Assembly: GCA_049472415.1 (NCBI GenBank)
Contig: JBLIRS010000001.1
Location: 1 to 31,566 of the forward strand
DNA: 31,566 bases
From: a bacterium
Lineage (GTDB): Bacteria > SZUA-182 > DTGQ01 > JAFGSM01
Direction: 5' to 3'
The notes below the pieces were generated by a model, which worked only from the letters and a program-made list of their open reading frames with translations, did no database searches and had not been told where the DNA came from. Positions 17,807-27,606 of this stretch are shown piece by piece. The position numbers and the translations under genes were made by a program. Every line of letters starts with the position of its first letter. The stretch's first letter is position 1.

Positions 17807-19721
17807 CTGTGGATTCTATAACCTCTTCGTAGCTTTTAAGGCTCTTGAATTTAGGCAAGAAAGGTTCCTTATCCTGATTGTCTTTATTGTATATTTTCGG
17901 GATAATGTTCGCCTTGGAATAATTGATCAGAATCTTGATTAATTTATTGAAGTTTTGCACACGATCAGCCAGAGCGTCCTTAAACAGCAGTTTGTATTCA
18001 ATCTCATTTTCCTGAATACGGATCGATTTGATGCTGCCGGAATCTATATTATATATTAAATCGATAATCCTGCGGTGATCTCCCATATCCTCCATTTCGT
18101 TTTGATGAAGAATATCACCCACTCCTATAAATTTGATTTGTTCCCACTTAAAAAGGCCTTTATTGTTGCCTTCCAGCATAATACCATTATTATATAATTT
18201 GGTTAGCCTCATCTCGAATGGTATTATGTTTATATTTGCGACATTATCTTTGTGCAGAATATCGGATGTCTTTTTCAGGCCTTCTTCCACCTTTTCAGTC
18301 CATTCTGGATAGATTTTACATCCTTCTTTTGCCTTTTGAAATAACATCAAAGCCTTTTCCGGTTGATTAAGCGGCCCAAGGCATAAATCTCCGTATGTAA
18401 CAGCGGCCTTCATAGATTCATTGGCTGAAGGATAATTTTGAATCAACCTGTCATACGCTTCGGTTGCTTCCAATATATTGCCTTCAGATTCGAATATATG
18501 TGCTATGTTCATCTGGTCCCTGGGAGGTAAAACAGCGTCATTCGATAGATTTTTCATATCCATATAGGTGCTTAAGGCCAGATTGGTATTTTTTTCGGCA
18601 AGGTACATAGACACCAATTTTTTATATATCCGTGCAGCATCGATTTTTTTGTCTTGTTTAAGATAGATTTGACCCAATATAATATTTGCTTCCAGATGAT
18701 TAGGTTCCAGTTTGAGATATTCTGTTATATCGGTAATTGCCTCGTCATAATTTTCCTGATCAGATTTCTCCATGGCTGACAAGAGCTTTGGGTGCTGACT
18801 TATGGAAATCTTTTTCTCTATATTAGGCTGAATATATTTTTCTTCAAAATTATACTTTTTGATGACTATTGCCATAATGGCCCCAAAGACAAATCCCCCG
18901 ATATGTGCCCAAAAGGCAACACCACTGGTTTCACCTGTGCCTGTTGAGGTCAGGGCATAGTAAATTTGCTGTGAAAACCAGAATGGCAAGGCCACATATG
19001 CGGGAATATAAAAATCGCCGGTATGGGCTGAGAAAAGAAAGAGCCAGATAATATATATTATTCTGATTCTGGTTTTATACATTCTGACCAAAAACGCGCC
19101 CATTGCGCCGGCGATCGCCCCCGAGGCTCCGATTAAAGGGATGGAGCTTTTGGGGAACATAAGTACATGTGCATAGGCGGCTACAACTCCACTTAGGAGA
19201 TAAAAGAATAAATATAAGGGGCGGCCCCATTTATCTTCAATTGTACAACCGGCTATCCATAAAAAAAGCATATTAAAAAGCAGGTGAAAAAAACCTCCAT
19301 GCATGAATATGGATGAAAAGAAATTAAACAACTTGGGATTGCTGGGAACAAGACCATATTTATAGGATGGTACTGAGTATTTAATATCCTGCAATTCATC
19401 CAGCATCTCAATTAATTCATTTTTATCACTACTTGTTGATGCCCCTCTCCTGATAAAAGAGTATTCCTTCTTTACCTCATGAAGCACCAGCTTGAGTTCC
19501 TTATTTTCATCTTTAAAGATTTCCTCTATATCCAAGTCAGTATGTCTTGAATAAAATTCAACAATATTATCGAATTTTTCAAAATATTCCCTTTGACATA
19601 ATAATGTGGAACGTCTTGTTCCTGCAAAGATCAAGACATTAAAAACTATTATAGCTATAGTTACGTAAGGTAATCTTTGAACAACCTGATTTTCATGACC
19701 AATCGGAAGAAGAAAAAACAA
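17772..19721 (-). CDS. Rhomboid intramembrane serine protease fused to a TPR-containing C-terminal region
   Basis: 649 aa; FMHGGFFHLLFNMLFLW, IEDKWG, catalytic GASGA and AFWAHIGGF; TPR-like helices at about aa 310-480. TTG start; 3' end overlaps dctM by 35 nt. Confidence 0.88.
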   Translation of the reverse strand: MFFLLPIGHENQVVQRLPYVTIAIIVFNVLIFAGTRRSTLLCQREYFEKFDNIVEFYSRHTDLDIEEIFKDENKELKLVLHEVKKEYSFIRRGASTSSDKNELIEMLDELQDIKYSVPSYKYGLVPSNPKLFNFFSSIFMHGGFFHLLFNMLFLWIAGCTIEDKWGRPLYLFFYLLSGVVAAYAHVLMFPKSSIPLIGASGAIAGAMGAFLVRMYKTRIRIIYIIWLFLFSAHTGDFYIPAYVALPFWFSQQIYYALTSTGTGETSGVAFWAHIGGFVFGAIMAIVIKKYNFEEKYIQPNIEKKISISQHPKLLSAMEKSDQENYDEAITDITEYLKLEPNHLEANIILGQIYLKQDKKIDAARIYKKLVSMYLAEKNTNLALSTYMDMKNLSNDAVLPPRDQMNIAHIFESEGNILEATEAYDRLIQNYPSANESMKAAVTYGDLCLGPLNQPEKALMLFQKAKEGCKIYPEWTEKVEEGLKKTSDILHKDNVANINIIPFEMRLTKLYNNGIMLEGNNKGLFKWEQIKFIGVGDILHQNEMEDMGDHRRIIDLIYNIDSGSIKSIRIQENEIEYKLLFKDALADRVQNFNKLIKILINYSKANIIPKIYNKDNQDKEPFLPKFKSLKSYEEVIESTVTSMMAARSPG

Positions 19722-19826
19722 TTTTAATTTCCTATAAGATTATGATATTTATTTATTATAATAATATACATCGGAAATTTTAAAAAATTAGATAGTATTT
19801 GATTTAAAATTAAAAATTTTGAAAAT

Positions 19827-20759
19827 ATGAAGTGGCTGGAGATAAAAGCAGGTTTTGAATCCAATGACAACATCTTTGTAATCGATCTTGTTTCATCCAT
19901 TTTTTATGATTTGGGAGCGCAAGGGGTCTTGATTGAAGATTCCGACACGGAAATTGAAGAACATTCAGAGGAAGAAATCCGGAAACCTCCAAAATATAAT
20001 GCGGTTGTCGGTTATTTACCTATAGACAAGAGTCTTGATAAAAAATTCAAAATATTCAAAAAAAAATTAGAGCATTTAAAAAAAGAAGTGAAAATCAAAG
20101 TTCTTGTCTCTTGCAGAGAGATTGATGAAGAAGACTGGGCTGAATCCTGGAAATCCTACTTCTGGCCTGAAAAGATTACCGGACAAATAGCTGTTAAACC
20201 TACCTGGCGAAAATATGAGGCTGATCCAGAGGAAACTGTTATAGAAATAGATCCGGGAATGGCATTCGGAACGGGAACACACCCGACGACCCGTTTATGT
20301 ATTATTTTGATTGAAAAATATCTGAAACCCGGCCAATCTCTTTTGGACATCGGGACAGGAACCGGTATTCTATTGATTGCCGCAGCAAAACTGGGTGCAG
20401 AAAAAGGACTTGGTATTGATCATGATGAGATAGCCGTTGATATTGGGAGGGAAAATTTGCGCCTTAACAGACTGGAGCCTGAAAAATTTAAGATCAAGGC
20501 AGGTAATCTGAGTGAAAATGCAGAGGGCTTTTATGATGTGGTTGTTGCCAATATTTTATCTGATGTCATTATTTGTTTGTTGTCGTCAGTAGATAAAGTT
20601 CTTAAAAGCAATGGATTATTTATTTGCTCCGGAATCAGTGTGATCAATAAAAATAAAGTATTAGAAAGAATGAAAGAGAAAGGATTCGAGATTGTGGAGG
20701 TTTGTGTAAAAGACGAATGGGCAGCAATAGTAGGAAGATTTATGGATAAGATTAAATGA
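19827..20759 (+). CDS. prmA: Ribosomal protein L11 methyltransferase
   Basis: 310 aa; EEDWAESWKSYFWP, IEIDPGMAFGTGTHPTT, LLDIGTGTGIL, DVVVANIL. Confidence 0.96.
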   Translation: MKWLEIKAGFESNDNIFVIDLVSSIFYDLGAQGVLIEDSDTEIEEHSEEEIRKPPKYNAVVGYLPIDKSLDKKFKIFKKKLEHLKKEVKIKVLVSCREIDEEDWAESWKSYFWPEKITGQIAVKPTWRKYEADPEETVIEIDPGMAFGTGTHPTTRLCIILIEKYLKPGQSLLDIGTGTGILLIAAAKLGAEKGLGIDHDEIAVDIGRENLRLNRLEPEKFKIKAGNLSENAEGFYDVVVANILSDVIICLLSSVDKVLKSNGLFICSGISVINKNKVLERMKEKGFEIVEVCVKDEWAAIVGRFMDKIK

Positions 20760-20845
20760 ATTGTTTTAAGAATCCGATGAATATAATAATAAGATAAATT
20801 TAGATATTTATACAATATTATAATATTATAAGTTACATTAGAAAC

Positions 20846-21208
20846 ATGAAAAATAACAGAAAATATATTCGAATTCCTGAATCTGCCGAAATTTCATACA
20901 GACTTGTTAAGAATATAAAAACAACCGGAGCGCTTTCAAAGGATATCAGCAAAGGAGGTCTTAGATTCTTTGTCAATGAATTTATCCCAAAAGAAAGTGT
21001 CCTTAAGATAAAAATAATTATAAAAAAAATACCGTATTCTTTTGAAGTTATGGCAAAGATTAAGTGGGTCAGAAAAAGATTTGCCAATGAGAGTTTCGAG
21101 ATAGGAGCTGAATTCATAGAGGTTCCCCAAAAGGATCTGAAACACCTAGAGAGATATATAGAAAATATTAATTGTAAAAGCAGTCAACAGGAAGTCAATA
21201 TCCCCTGA
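20846..21208 (+). CDS. Stand-alone PilZ-domain (c-di-GMP receptor) protein
   Basis: 120 aa; RKYIR (RxxxR) and DISKGG (DxSxxG) motifs; ends IGAEF. Confidence 0.88.
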   Translation: MKNNRKYIRIPESAEISYRLVKNIKTTGALSKDISKGGLRFFVNEFIPKESVLKIKIIIKKIPYSFEVMAKIKWVRKRFANESFEIGAEFIEVPQKDLKHLERYIENINCKSSQQEVNIP

Positions 21209-23021
21209 TAAATTGAGATGCCCAACTCCTTACATGTTTTCCGTTCAGGACATGAAAATAACGAAGCTTTTGAAGCGTTTTATAACTGAATGAGGAAAGT
21301 GGCAAAAATATCAGTTTTTTTTGTTGTGTTTTAGCATAATCCTTTATAAATAAAGAAGGTTTTCTATTCGCCACTACCGCGACATAACGATCTTGTGAAT
21401 AAAACAATCCGGCCATAATAAGCCTTTCAGCATTACAGGTTGCATCATCAAACCTGGAATCGGTCCAAACGTCGGGAATAAATTGAGGGGGATAGATAAA
21501 AAGAGCGCCTCCATAAAAGCAGCGGCCTATCTCCGGTCCAATAAGATCATCCTTGAAATCTGTAGCATAAAACACAAGTGTCGATTCATTTTCGTGTTCA
21601 GCGTGCCAAGTCAATTTATATGGATATTTCCGTTCATCGGGATCATCATCGAAAACAAAGATAACGGCCCCGACTTCACCATGAATTTGAGGTTCTTCCT
21701 TTACATAGATTTTATTTAAGTGCCAATTCCTCAAGGTTTCCCTGAGGTGTATACCATCTTTTAATGTGCTTTGAAATTCTTCCGTCCTGACAAGTGAGAT
21801 TCCAACCAATTTGAGGGCCCGTTTTCGAATGTAGCCGCAAAAATTCTCTATGATCTCATCTTCCGGGGGCCATGAGCATACTGAATTGGGATTCCAGTAA
21901 GTCTTCCATCTTTTTTTTTGTCCTTTGTCTGGCTTTTTTTCCAGGCTTATCCTTTTAAACTCTTTAGCCAAGGCCGGAACCTTTCTGTATACGGGGAATG
22001 GAGATTTATCTTTGTATATAAACCGATCAGTCATTTTTATGGCAGGGTATTTGGATTCTATATCCATAAAAGGATAAAATTTGGCTATTTCAATCAGTTT
22101 AAGGCAAAAATTATTTCCTATTATTCCTTTTGCTGCAAGGACAAGTTCGTACAACTCTGGTGTGAAGCGGTTTTTAAGGACACAAAGATTTCGTATATAT
22201 TTAAGTGTGGTTTGAATATCCGATAAACTGACTTTATAGATATCCTCCTTAAATTCCTTTTGATATTCATCTCTGGCTTCGAGCAATATCCTTTTTATCG
22301 CCTCTGTCTTTTCAAATTCCTCAAAAGAGATGGTGCCTTTGAGTTTCTCGTAAAGATATGTAAAATGTGGGATCTCGCCCAATACAAAATACAAAGAGTC
22401 AGGATGAATCGAAAAAAGCCTTATTCCCCTTAGTCGTTTACCATTCGGAACATGTCCGTAATTGTTTTGGTAAAAATAGAGAATCGAAGGAAGATGATGC
22501 ACGGAAAATACAAACAAAATTTTTTTATGTTCAAAGCTTAATTCCTGAAGCATGGAAGCCATAAATCTGGCCTGCATATCATCTTGTTTTATTGATAATG
22601 CCGGAAATATTGACTGGATATAAGATGAAAGCCCTATCCTGTGAACGGCATATTCATCAGGGAGGACCAGTTGGGTTTTTGGTGGTTTATTAATCTCCCT
22701 GTCGATAAATCGAACCGGAATACCTTCCTCCATACCCAATCTTATGGCTTCAATCATTCCATCACAGGGATCAATTGGAAAGTAGCCGTGAATTTCATCC
22801 TCTTCTGTAAGAATCACGTTAATATATGGCAAAGCCTTTATCCCCTGGGTGGCCAGGGTGTAAAATGATGAGGGCAGTCCCACGGAAATACAATCAAATG
22901 TATTATTCAGGAAGGTTTCTTTAACTTCAGAGGCGAATGATACCCTTCCTGAGATTATAGGCACCAGACATATATTGTCAAGCCATAATCGACCCTCTTT
23001 TACAAGGACCCTTTTTCGCAT
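21195..23021 (-). CDS. Conserved-looking hypothetical protein, probable partner of the adjacent MoxR AAA+ ATPase
   Basis: 608 aa long ORF starting 1 nt after the ATPase stop (translational coupling). No DxSxS MIDAS motif seen. Confidence 0.75.
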   Translation of the reverse strand: MRKRVLVKEGRLWLDNICLVPIISGRVSFASEVKETFLNNTFDCISVGLPSSFYTLATQGIKALPYINVILTEEDEIHGYFPIDPCDGMIEAIRLGMEEGIPVRFIDREINKPPKTQLVLPDEYAVHRIGLSSYIQSIFPALSIKQDDMQARFMASMLQELSFEHKKILFVFSVHHLPSILYFYQNNYGHVPNGKRLRGIRLFSIHPDSLYFVLGEIPHFTYLYEKLKGTISFEEFEKTEAIKRILLEARDEYQKEFKEDIYKVSLSDIQTTLKYIRNLCVLKNRFTPELYELVLAAKGIIGNNFCLKLIEIAKFYPFMDIESKYPAIKMTDRFIYKDKSPFPVYRKVPALAKEFKRISLEKKPDKGQKKRWKTYWNPNSVCSWPPEDEIIENFCGYIRKRALKLVGISLVRTEEFQSTLKDGIHLRETLRNWHLNKIYVKEEPQIHGEVGAVIFVFDDDPDERKYPYKLTWHAEHENESTLVFYATDFKDDLIGPEIGRCFYGGALFIYPPQFIPDVWTDSRFDDATCNAERLIMAGLFYSQDRYVAVVANRKPSLFIKDYAKTQQKKLIFLPLSSFSYKTLQKLRYFHVLNGKHVRSWASQFIRGY

Positions 23022-23022
23022 C

Positions 23023-23979
23023 TTAAATCCCTTGCTCTTCTTCCTTGTTATCTTCCATCCAATCCTTGTCGTTCATAAAAAAATCTTCCAGAAAAACAAG
23101 GTTGCTCAGGTTTCTTGAATTAATATTTAAGGCCTTCTTTTTTGGATTCAGGGCGTCTTTTCCCAGAACCTGTTCTACTGACTTTTGAAAAGCATCTTCC
23201 CATGTCATTTTTTCTTCTTTTTTTTGATATCCTTTGATTTTCATTGCATATCGGGCTATGTTGATACCGTCCCTAATGCTGACATCCAATCGGACCTTAT
23301 GGGTTTTTTGCAAAAAATCCACGGCAAGAATAAGGATATCAACCGGAGCGAAATCCAGGTTGTATTTCAATATGGCCAACTCCTCGTCCTTTTGAGGATA
23401 TTCCAATTGGATCATAGGCTGTAGCCGGGAAATGATATAATCAGGGACCTCATAAGTGGAGGCATCGTCGTTCATAGTTACGCAGCAGCGGAATTCAGGG
23501 TGGGCGTGGATTTTAATACCTGCGACAATACTTTCCGCATAGCGTCTGTTGTCAAGAAGCGGGGCCAGGGAAGCCCAGGATTTTTCACTCATTCTATTGG
23601 CCTCATCGAGGATTGCGACACCCCCCTTAATCATAGCGGTTATTAGTGAGCTAGCGTGATATTGTATTTTACCGTTTTGGGATATTACAGGCGTTATGAT
23701 CAAATCTTCCGGACGCGTATCCATTGTACACTGATATATATATGTTGGCTTTCCCATCCTCTGTGCGGCGGCTAAAGCGAGGGTAGTTTTACCCATTCCG
23801 GGTTTTCCCAGCAAACGTGGGCAAAGAGGCAGATCATCGGGTGTTATTGCCAGCCAGCAGGCAAGGATCTGCTCCATCAATTCCTCCTGTCCGATCCATT
23901 CCCTGTCATTCTGGTCAGGATAAGAGAGAACCAGTTCGGTATCATCTATTTTTATCTTTTCCATTGATTTATCCCCCAT
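23023..23979 (-). CDS. MoxR-family (AAA_5-like) AAA+ ATPase
   Basis: 318 aa; Walker A GKPGMGKTT, CTMDTRPEDL, Walker B AILDEANR, LAPLLD.RRY, HPEFR, ISRL. Confidence 0.88.
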   Translation of the reverse strand: MGDKSMEKIKIDDTELVLSYPDQNDREWIGQEELMEQILACWLAITPDDLPLCPRLLGKPGMGKTTLALAAAQRMGKPTYIYQCTMDTRPEDLIITPVISQNGKIQYHASSLITAMIKGGVAILDEANRMSEKSWASLAPLLDNRRYAESIVAGIKIHAHPEFRCCVTMNDDASTYEVPDYIISRLQPMIQLEYPQKDEELAILKYNLDFAPVDILILAVDFLQKTHKVRLDVSIRDGINIARYAMKIKGYQKKEEKMTWEDAFQKSVEQVLGKDALNPKKKALNINSRNLSNLVFLEDFFMNDKDWMEDNKEEEQGI

Positions 23980-24048
23980 AATAAGGATTGCTATATTTAT
24001 TTTAAAATTCTATCACGTTAATCAGGATTAATCCAAAAAACAGAAAGC

Positions 24049-26061
24049 TTATTCATAATTATTATCAACGCCTCCGATCAGGTGTGGCAGCCCTTCTTCT
24101 AAAACCATTTTTTCGATGAAACGCTCACCGATCTCAGTCAGAAAACGGCTCGGTTTCATCATTACTAATCCACCTGAACGGCTTCGATAAACCTTGGGGA
24201 CAACCAGATACAGCTCATCCCTGGCCCTGGTAACAGCGACATGAAAAACACGTCTTTCCTCCTCTTCATCCTCCTGAGTATTTATGGCAAGATCTGTGGG
24301 AAAACGTCCATCAGCGAGCCAGGGAATAAATACTACCGGCCATTCCAGACCTTTTGCCTGATGAACGGTGCTTAGAATTACAAATTCCTGTTCATCCGGT
24401 CCCGTGAGTACGGTTTCACCCGAGAAATCAGAAGCCAGGGCCAGATCGGCCAAAAGTGCCTCCAGGGTAACATATTGAGAAGAAAAATTTACAAACCCCT
24501 TTATGTCTTCTATTCTTTGATATGATCGGTCATAATGGGAGACCAGATAATCTTCGTAGAAACCGGACATCAAATGCTCTATCATCTCGGCAGGAGAGGT
24601 CAGATCTGAAAGTCTGTTGAGAAGCGTTGTAAAATCAGAATAGAAAGGCCGTACGCGGGATGGGAATATATTAGCCGTCGCGGGATTCAATGCCGCTTTT
24701 AATGGATTGTCCCCTTGATTTATATGATTCCATAATTTTTTCGAAAGTCCTCCTCCGATCATGGGCAAGAGCTTCAACGCCCTCAGCCAGGCTATCTCAT
24801 CTTGCGGGTTGTGAATTATCCTCAAATGACAAATTATATCTTTAATATGGGCCTGTTCAAAGAACCTTAGTCCGCCTCTTACCCGGAATGGTATATTACG
24901 GCGTTGCAACTCTAATTGTATTTCTAAAGAATGCCAGTGACTTCTATATAGGATGGCAATAGAGTTAAGATTCCTTCCTTCGTCCAGGAGATGGAGAATA
25001 TATTCGGATAAAAAACGGGATTGTGTAAAATGGTCATAACAGGAGACTATCGCAGGCTTAAGACCTTGAGGACGGATAGCATGAAGATTTTTGGGCAATC
25101 TTTCTGTGTTCATGGAAATACTTGCATTGGCTAATGCAAGTATTTCCGGTGTTGAACGGTAATTCGTTTCAAGACGGTATTCACCGGCATCAGGATATCG
25201 CTCCTTAAATGAAATGATATTTTTAAAGCTTGCGCCGCGAAAACTATATATGGATTGTGCATCATCCCCAACAACGGTTAGGTTGCGATGCTTTGATGCA
25301 AGAAGGTCGACAATAGCCCCTTGTATGGCATTTGTGTCCTGATATTCATCTACCAGGATATATAAAAATTGATCGGATAATAGGTCGCGAATCTCTTTAT
25401 GTTCCATAAGAAGCCTGAGCCAAGAGGAAAGCAGATCGTCATAATCCAGAAATTGCCTTGAATGCTTTTTGGCGGCATAGAGGGTTAGCACGCTTTGAAT
25501 CCCATCCATATCCTGAATAAACATTGGATAGCTCTTATATAATATCGTTTCAAGCGGCAAAAGGGTATTATGCACAAAACCGGATATTTTTGACAAAACG
25601 GCCTTTTGAGGAAAACGCCTTTCCTTGATCAATATACCCGCTTCTGTAATACAGGCCCCAATCAGATCCCGTGCATCTTCCCTGTCAAGGATAGAAAAAT
25701 CAGGAGAAATATCAAGTGCTGTTCCATAAAGTCTTAGTATCCGGTTGGCGATATGATGAAATGTTCCGCCCCATAGGTTTTTCGTTTTATGGCCGGCCAA
25801 AATCTCCACCCTGTGGAGCATCTCACGTGCCGCTCTGTTTGTAAAGGTTACGAGCAATATGCGGCCTGGATCCACACCTTGTTGTACAAGCCATGCCAGG
25901 CGATACGTCAAGGCACGGGTCTTCCCGCTGCCTGCTCCGGCTATGACGAGCATTGGTCCGCCAGGTGCGGTAACGACCTTGAACTGCTCATCATTCAGGT
26001 CGGCCTCGAAATCAACATCGCTATTTAAATGCCCGGCCTTAAAGACAAATCTTCTCGTCAT
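24049..26061 (-). CDS. SF1 DNA helicase UvrD/PcrA/Rep family
   Basis: 670 aa; AGAGSGKT, VTFTNRAAREM, GTFH, LVDEYQDTN, VGDDAQSIYSFRGA, LETNYRST, STVHQAKGLEW, EERRVFHVAVTRA. Confidence 0.95.
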   Translation of the reverse strand: MTRRFVFKAGHLNSDVDFEADLNDEQFKVVTAPGGPMLVIAGAGSGKTRALTYRLAWLVQQGVDPGRILLVTFTNRAAREMLHRVEILAGHKTKNLWGGTFHHIANRILRLYGTALDISPDFSILDREDARDLIGACITEAGILIKERRFPQKAVLSKISGFVHNTLLPLETILYKSYPMFIQDMDGIQSVLTLYAAKKHSRQFLDYDDLLSSWLRLLMEHKEIRDLLSDQFLYILVDEYQDTNAIQGAIVDLLASKHRNLTVVGDDAQSIYSFRGASFKNIISFKERYPDAGEYRLETNYRSTPEILALANASISMNTERLPKNLHAIRPQGLKPAIVSCYDHFTQSRFLSEYILHLLDEGRNLNSIAILYRSHWHSLEIQLELQRRNIPFRVRGGLRFFEQAHIKDIICHLRIIHNPQDEIAWLRALKLLPMIGGGLSKKLWNHINQGDNPLKAALNPATANIFPSRVRPFYSDFTTLLNRLSDLTSPAEMIEHLMSGFYEDYLVSHYDRSYQRIEDIKGFVNFSSQYVTLEALLADLALASDFSGETVLTGPDEQEFVILSTVHQAKGLEWPVVFIPWLADGRFPTDLAINTQEDEEEERRVFHVAVTRARDELYLVVPKVYRSRSGGLVMMKPSRFLTEIGERFIEKMVLEEGLPHLIGGVDNNYE

Positions 26062-26197
26062 TCTCTTTTACTGCTGCAATTGATACGTTACTAAACTTAA
26101 CTATTTATAATTATTAGTTGTTATTATTTTGATTATAAAATTTAACAAAGGAAAATGCAAAGCATATTATTTTTATCAAATTACGATCTTATCAAAA

Positions 26198-26227
26198 TTG
26201 ACAAAACAAATTGTAAATAGGTATAAT
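26198..26227 (+). promoter_or_regulatory. Consensus sigma70 promoter upstream of the 26384 gene
   Basis: TTGACA (26198-26203), N18, TATAAT (26222-26227). Confidence 0.65.
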
Positions 26228-26383
26228 TTTAGTATAAAAAAAAGAATTTAATGAACTAAATTAATTGATTTTGTATAAATAATAAAAGGGAAGGAGGAAG
26301 GAGCTTTTTTCTTATTGATTATTTTTTTTATTATCCTGTGTATCTTTATCCAAAAAATTTTACTAATAATCTGGAGTAAAAAA

Positions 26384-26932
26384 ATGAAAATTAAAAAAAG
26401 CAGAATATATTTATTTGTTTTATTTATTTGTATTTTTTGTTTTGCATATTTATATGTTAATTCTTCCTCAATTGCTCAATATTCGCCATATAATTATTAT
26501 AATTATAATAATAATAATTACTATTACGAATATTCAACCCAGGCTCTGTCACCGTCATATTTTTACGGCACCCCCTATTCAAATAGTTATTCATGGGTAA
26601 ATGATCAATATTACGGAAGAGAGATAAATATACCAACACTAAAGATAAATGATTGGTCAATTCAACCTAATTTTGGAAATACTGTCTATTCAGTCAGTTC
26701 AAATGGAAGCTCATTAACAATATATGGTACTTATTTTAGTGCTCACACCCATGCCGGAGTAAACTTTAATCGTACATTGTTTATGGACAGCTCATTATCT
26801 TCATCGGCAAATCACGCAATGTATAATAACATCGGCGGACAATCATCACTTACCTCTCCTGTGAGTTATTATGCACGACAGGTTTTACAGTTTAGCCCGG
26901 TTTTGCATGGTCCTCTGCTAAACAATTATTAA
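26384..26932 (+). CDS. Secreted Tyr/Asn/Ser-rich low-complexity protein (182 aa)
   Basis: ATG 26384 with GGAG SD (track start 26315 is likely too long); MKIKKSR plus hydrophobic core ending SIA|Q; YNYYNYNNNNYYY tract. Confidence 0.7.
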   Translation: MKIKKSRIYLFVLFICIFCFAYLYVNSSSIAQYSPYNYYNYNNNNYYYEYSTQALSPSYFYGTPYSNSYSWVNDQYYGREINIPTLKINDWSIQPNFGNTVYSVSSNGSSLTIYGTYFSAHTHAGVNFNRTLFMDSSLSSSANHAMYNNIGGQSSLTSPVSYYARQVLQFSPVLHGPLLNNY

Positions 26933-26977
26933 AGATAAGAGTAAGAAAATAAGGATCAAAATAAGAGGGGTTATGAG

Positions 26978-27060
26978 TGGGGTCAGGCCTTTTATTATAC
27001 TGTTCTTAAATATTTTTACGTATTATAAAAAAAGATATTATGATAAAAGGCCTGACCCCA
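26978..27060. repeat. 18-bp perfect inverted repeat around a 47-nt AT-rich spacer (REP/MITE-like or terminator)
   Basis: TGGGGTCAGGCCTTTTAT (26978-26995) and ATAAAAGGCCTGACCCCA (27043-27060). Confidence 0.85.
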
Positions 27061-27453
27061 TTTGTGATATTTGTGTATTTGCTTTTCAGACACTAAAATG
27101 TTATTATTAATATAAGAAAAGTGTAATGTAAATAAGTCTTCATCCGTCTATCTTTTACAAAAAATTTTAGAATGAATAAAAAAACTAGTTTAACAATTTA
27201 ATTTAATTTTTAAAATATTTAATGTGTAATGTAAATGCATTTTGAATCGTCTATTATATATAAATTAAATAAATTAAAAATCGCCTATATATTTATAAAC
27301 AAATTATAAATAAACAAAATATAAATAAAAAAAATATTTTTAAAAATTGATCAATTTCCAGAGATTTGTATATTGTTTTTTTTGTAGTTTTTATTAATTA
27401 ATTTATTAACATCCTAAAGGGGGTGCATTTGCTAGAATTGTAACCTTGAAGTT

Positions 27454-27498
27454 GGTCTGTATTTTAATTTGACAGACCGGAAAAATTTATTTTAGATT
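27454..27498 (+). promoter_or_regulatory. Putative promoter with operator-like palindrome upstream of cassette copy 1
   Basis: TTGACA (27469-27474), N18, TAGATT (27493-27498); GGTCTGT-N11-ACAGACC (27454-27478) overlaps the -35. Confidence 0.4.
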
Positions 27499-27606
27499 GG
27501 AGGTGATCAGAAACAGGGCATTATGCTCTGGAACCGTTAAAGTTTTAGGTTTTTAACTTTTTGTTTTTGTAAGATTTTCAGAAGATTATAATGAAGGAGA
27601 ATTGTT

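Noticed and set aside
26488-26530. AAT/TAT tract as a phase-variation switch or CRISPR-like repeat
   Set aside because: It is an imperfect in-frame triplet tract, so slippage would not shift the frame, and there is no repeat-spacer structure.
27417-27433. Sigma54 promoter (GG-N8-TTGCT)
   Set aside because: The -24 element is AGGGGG rather than TGGCAC, too weak to support.
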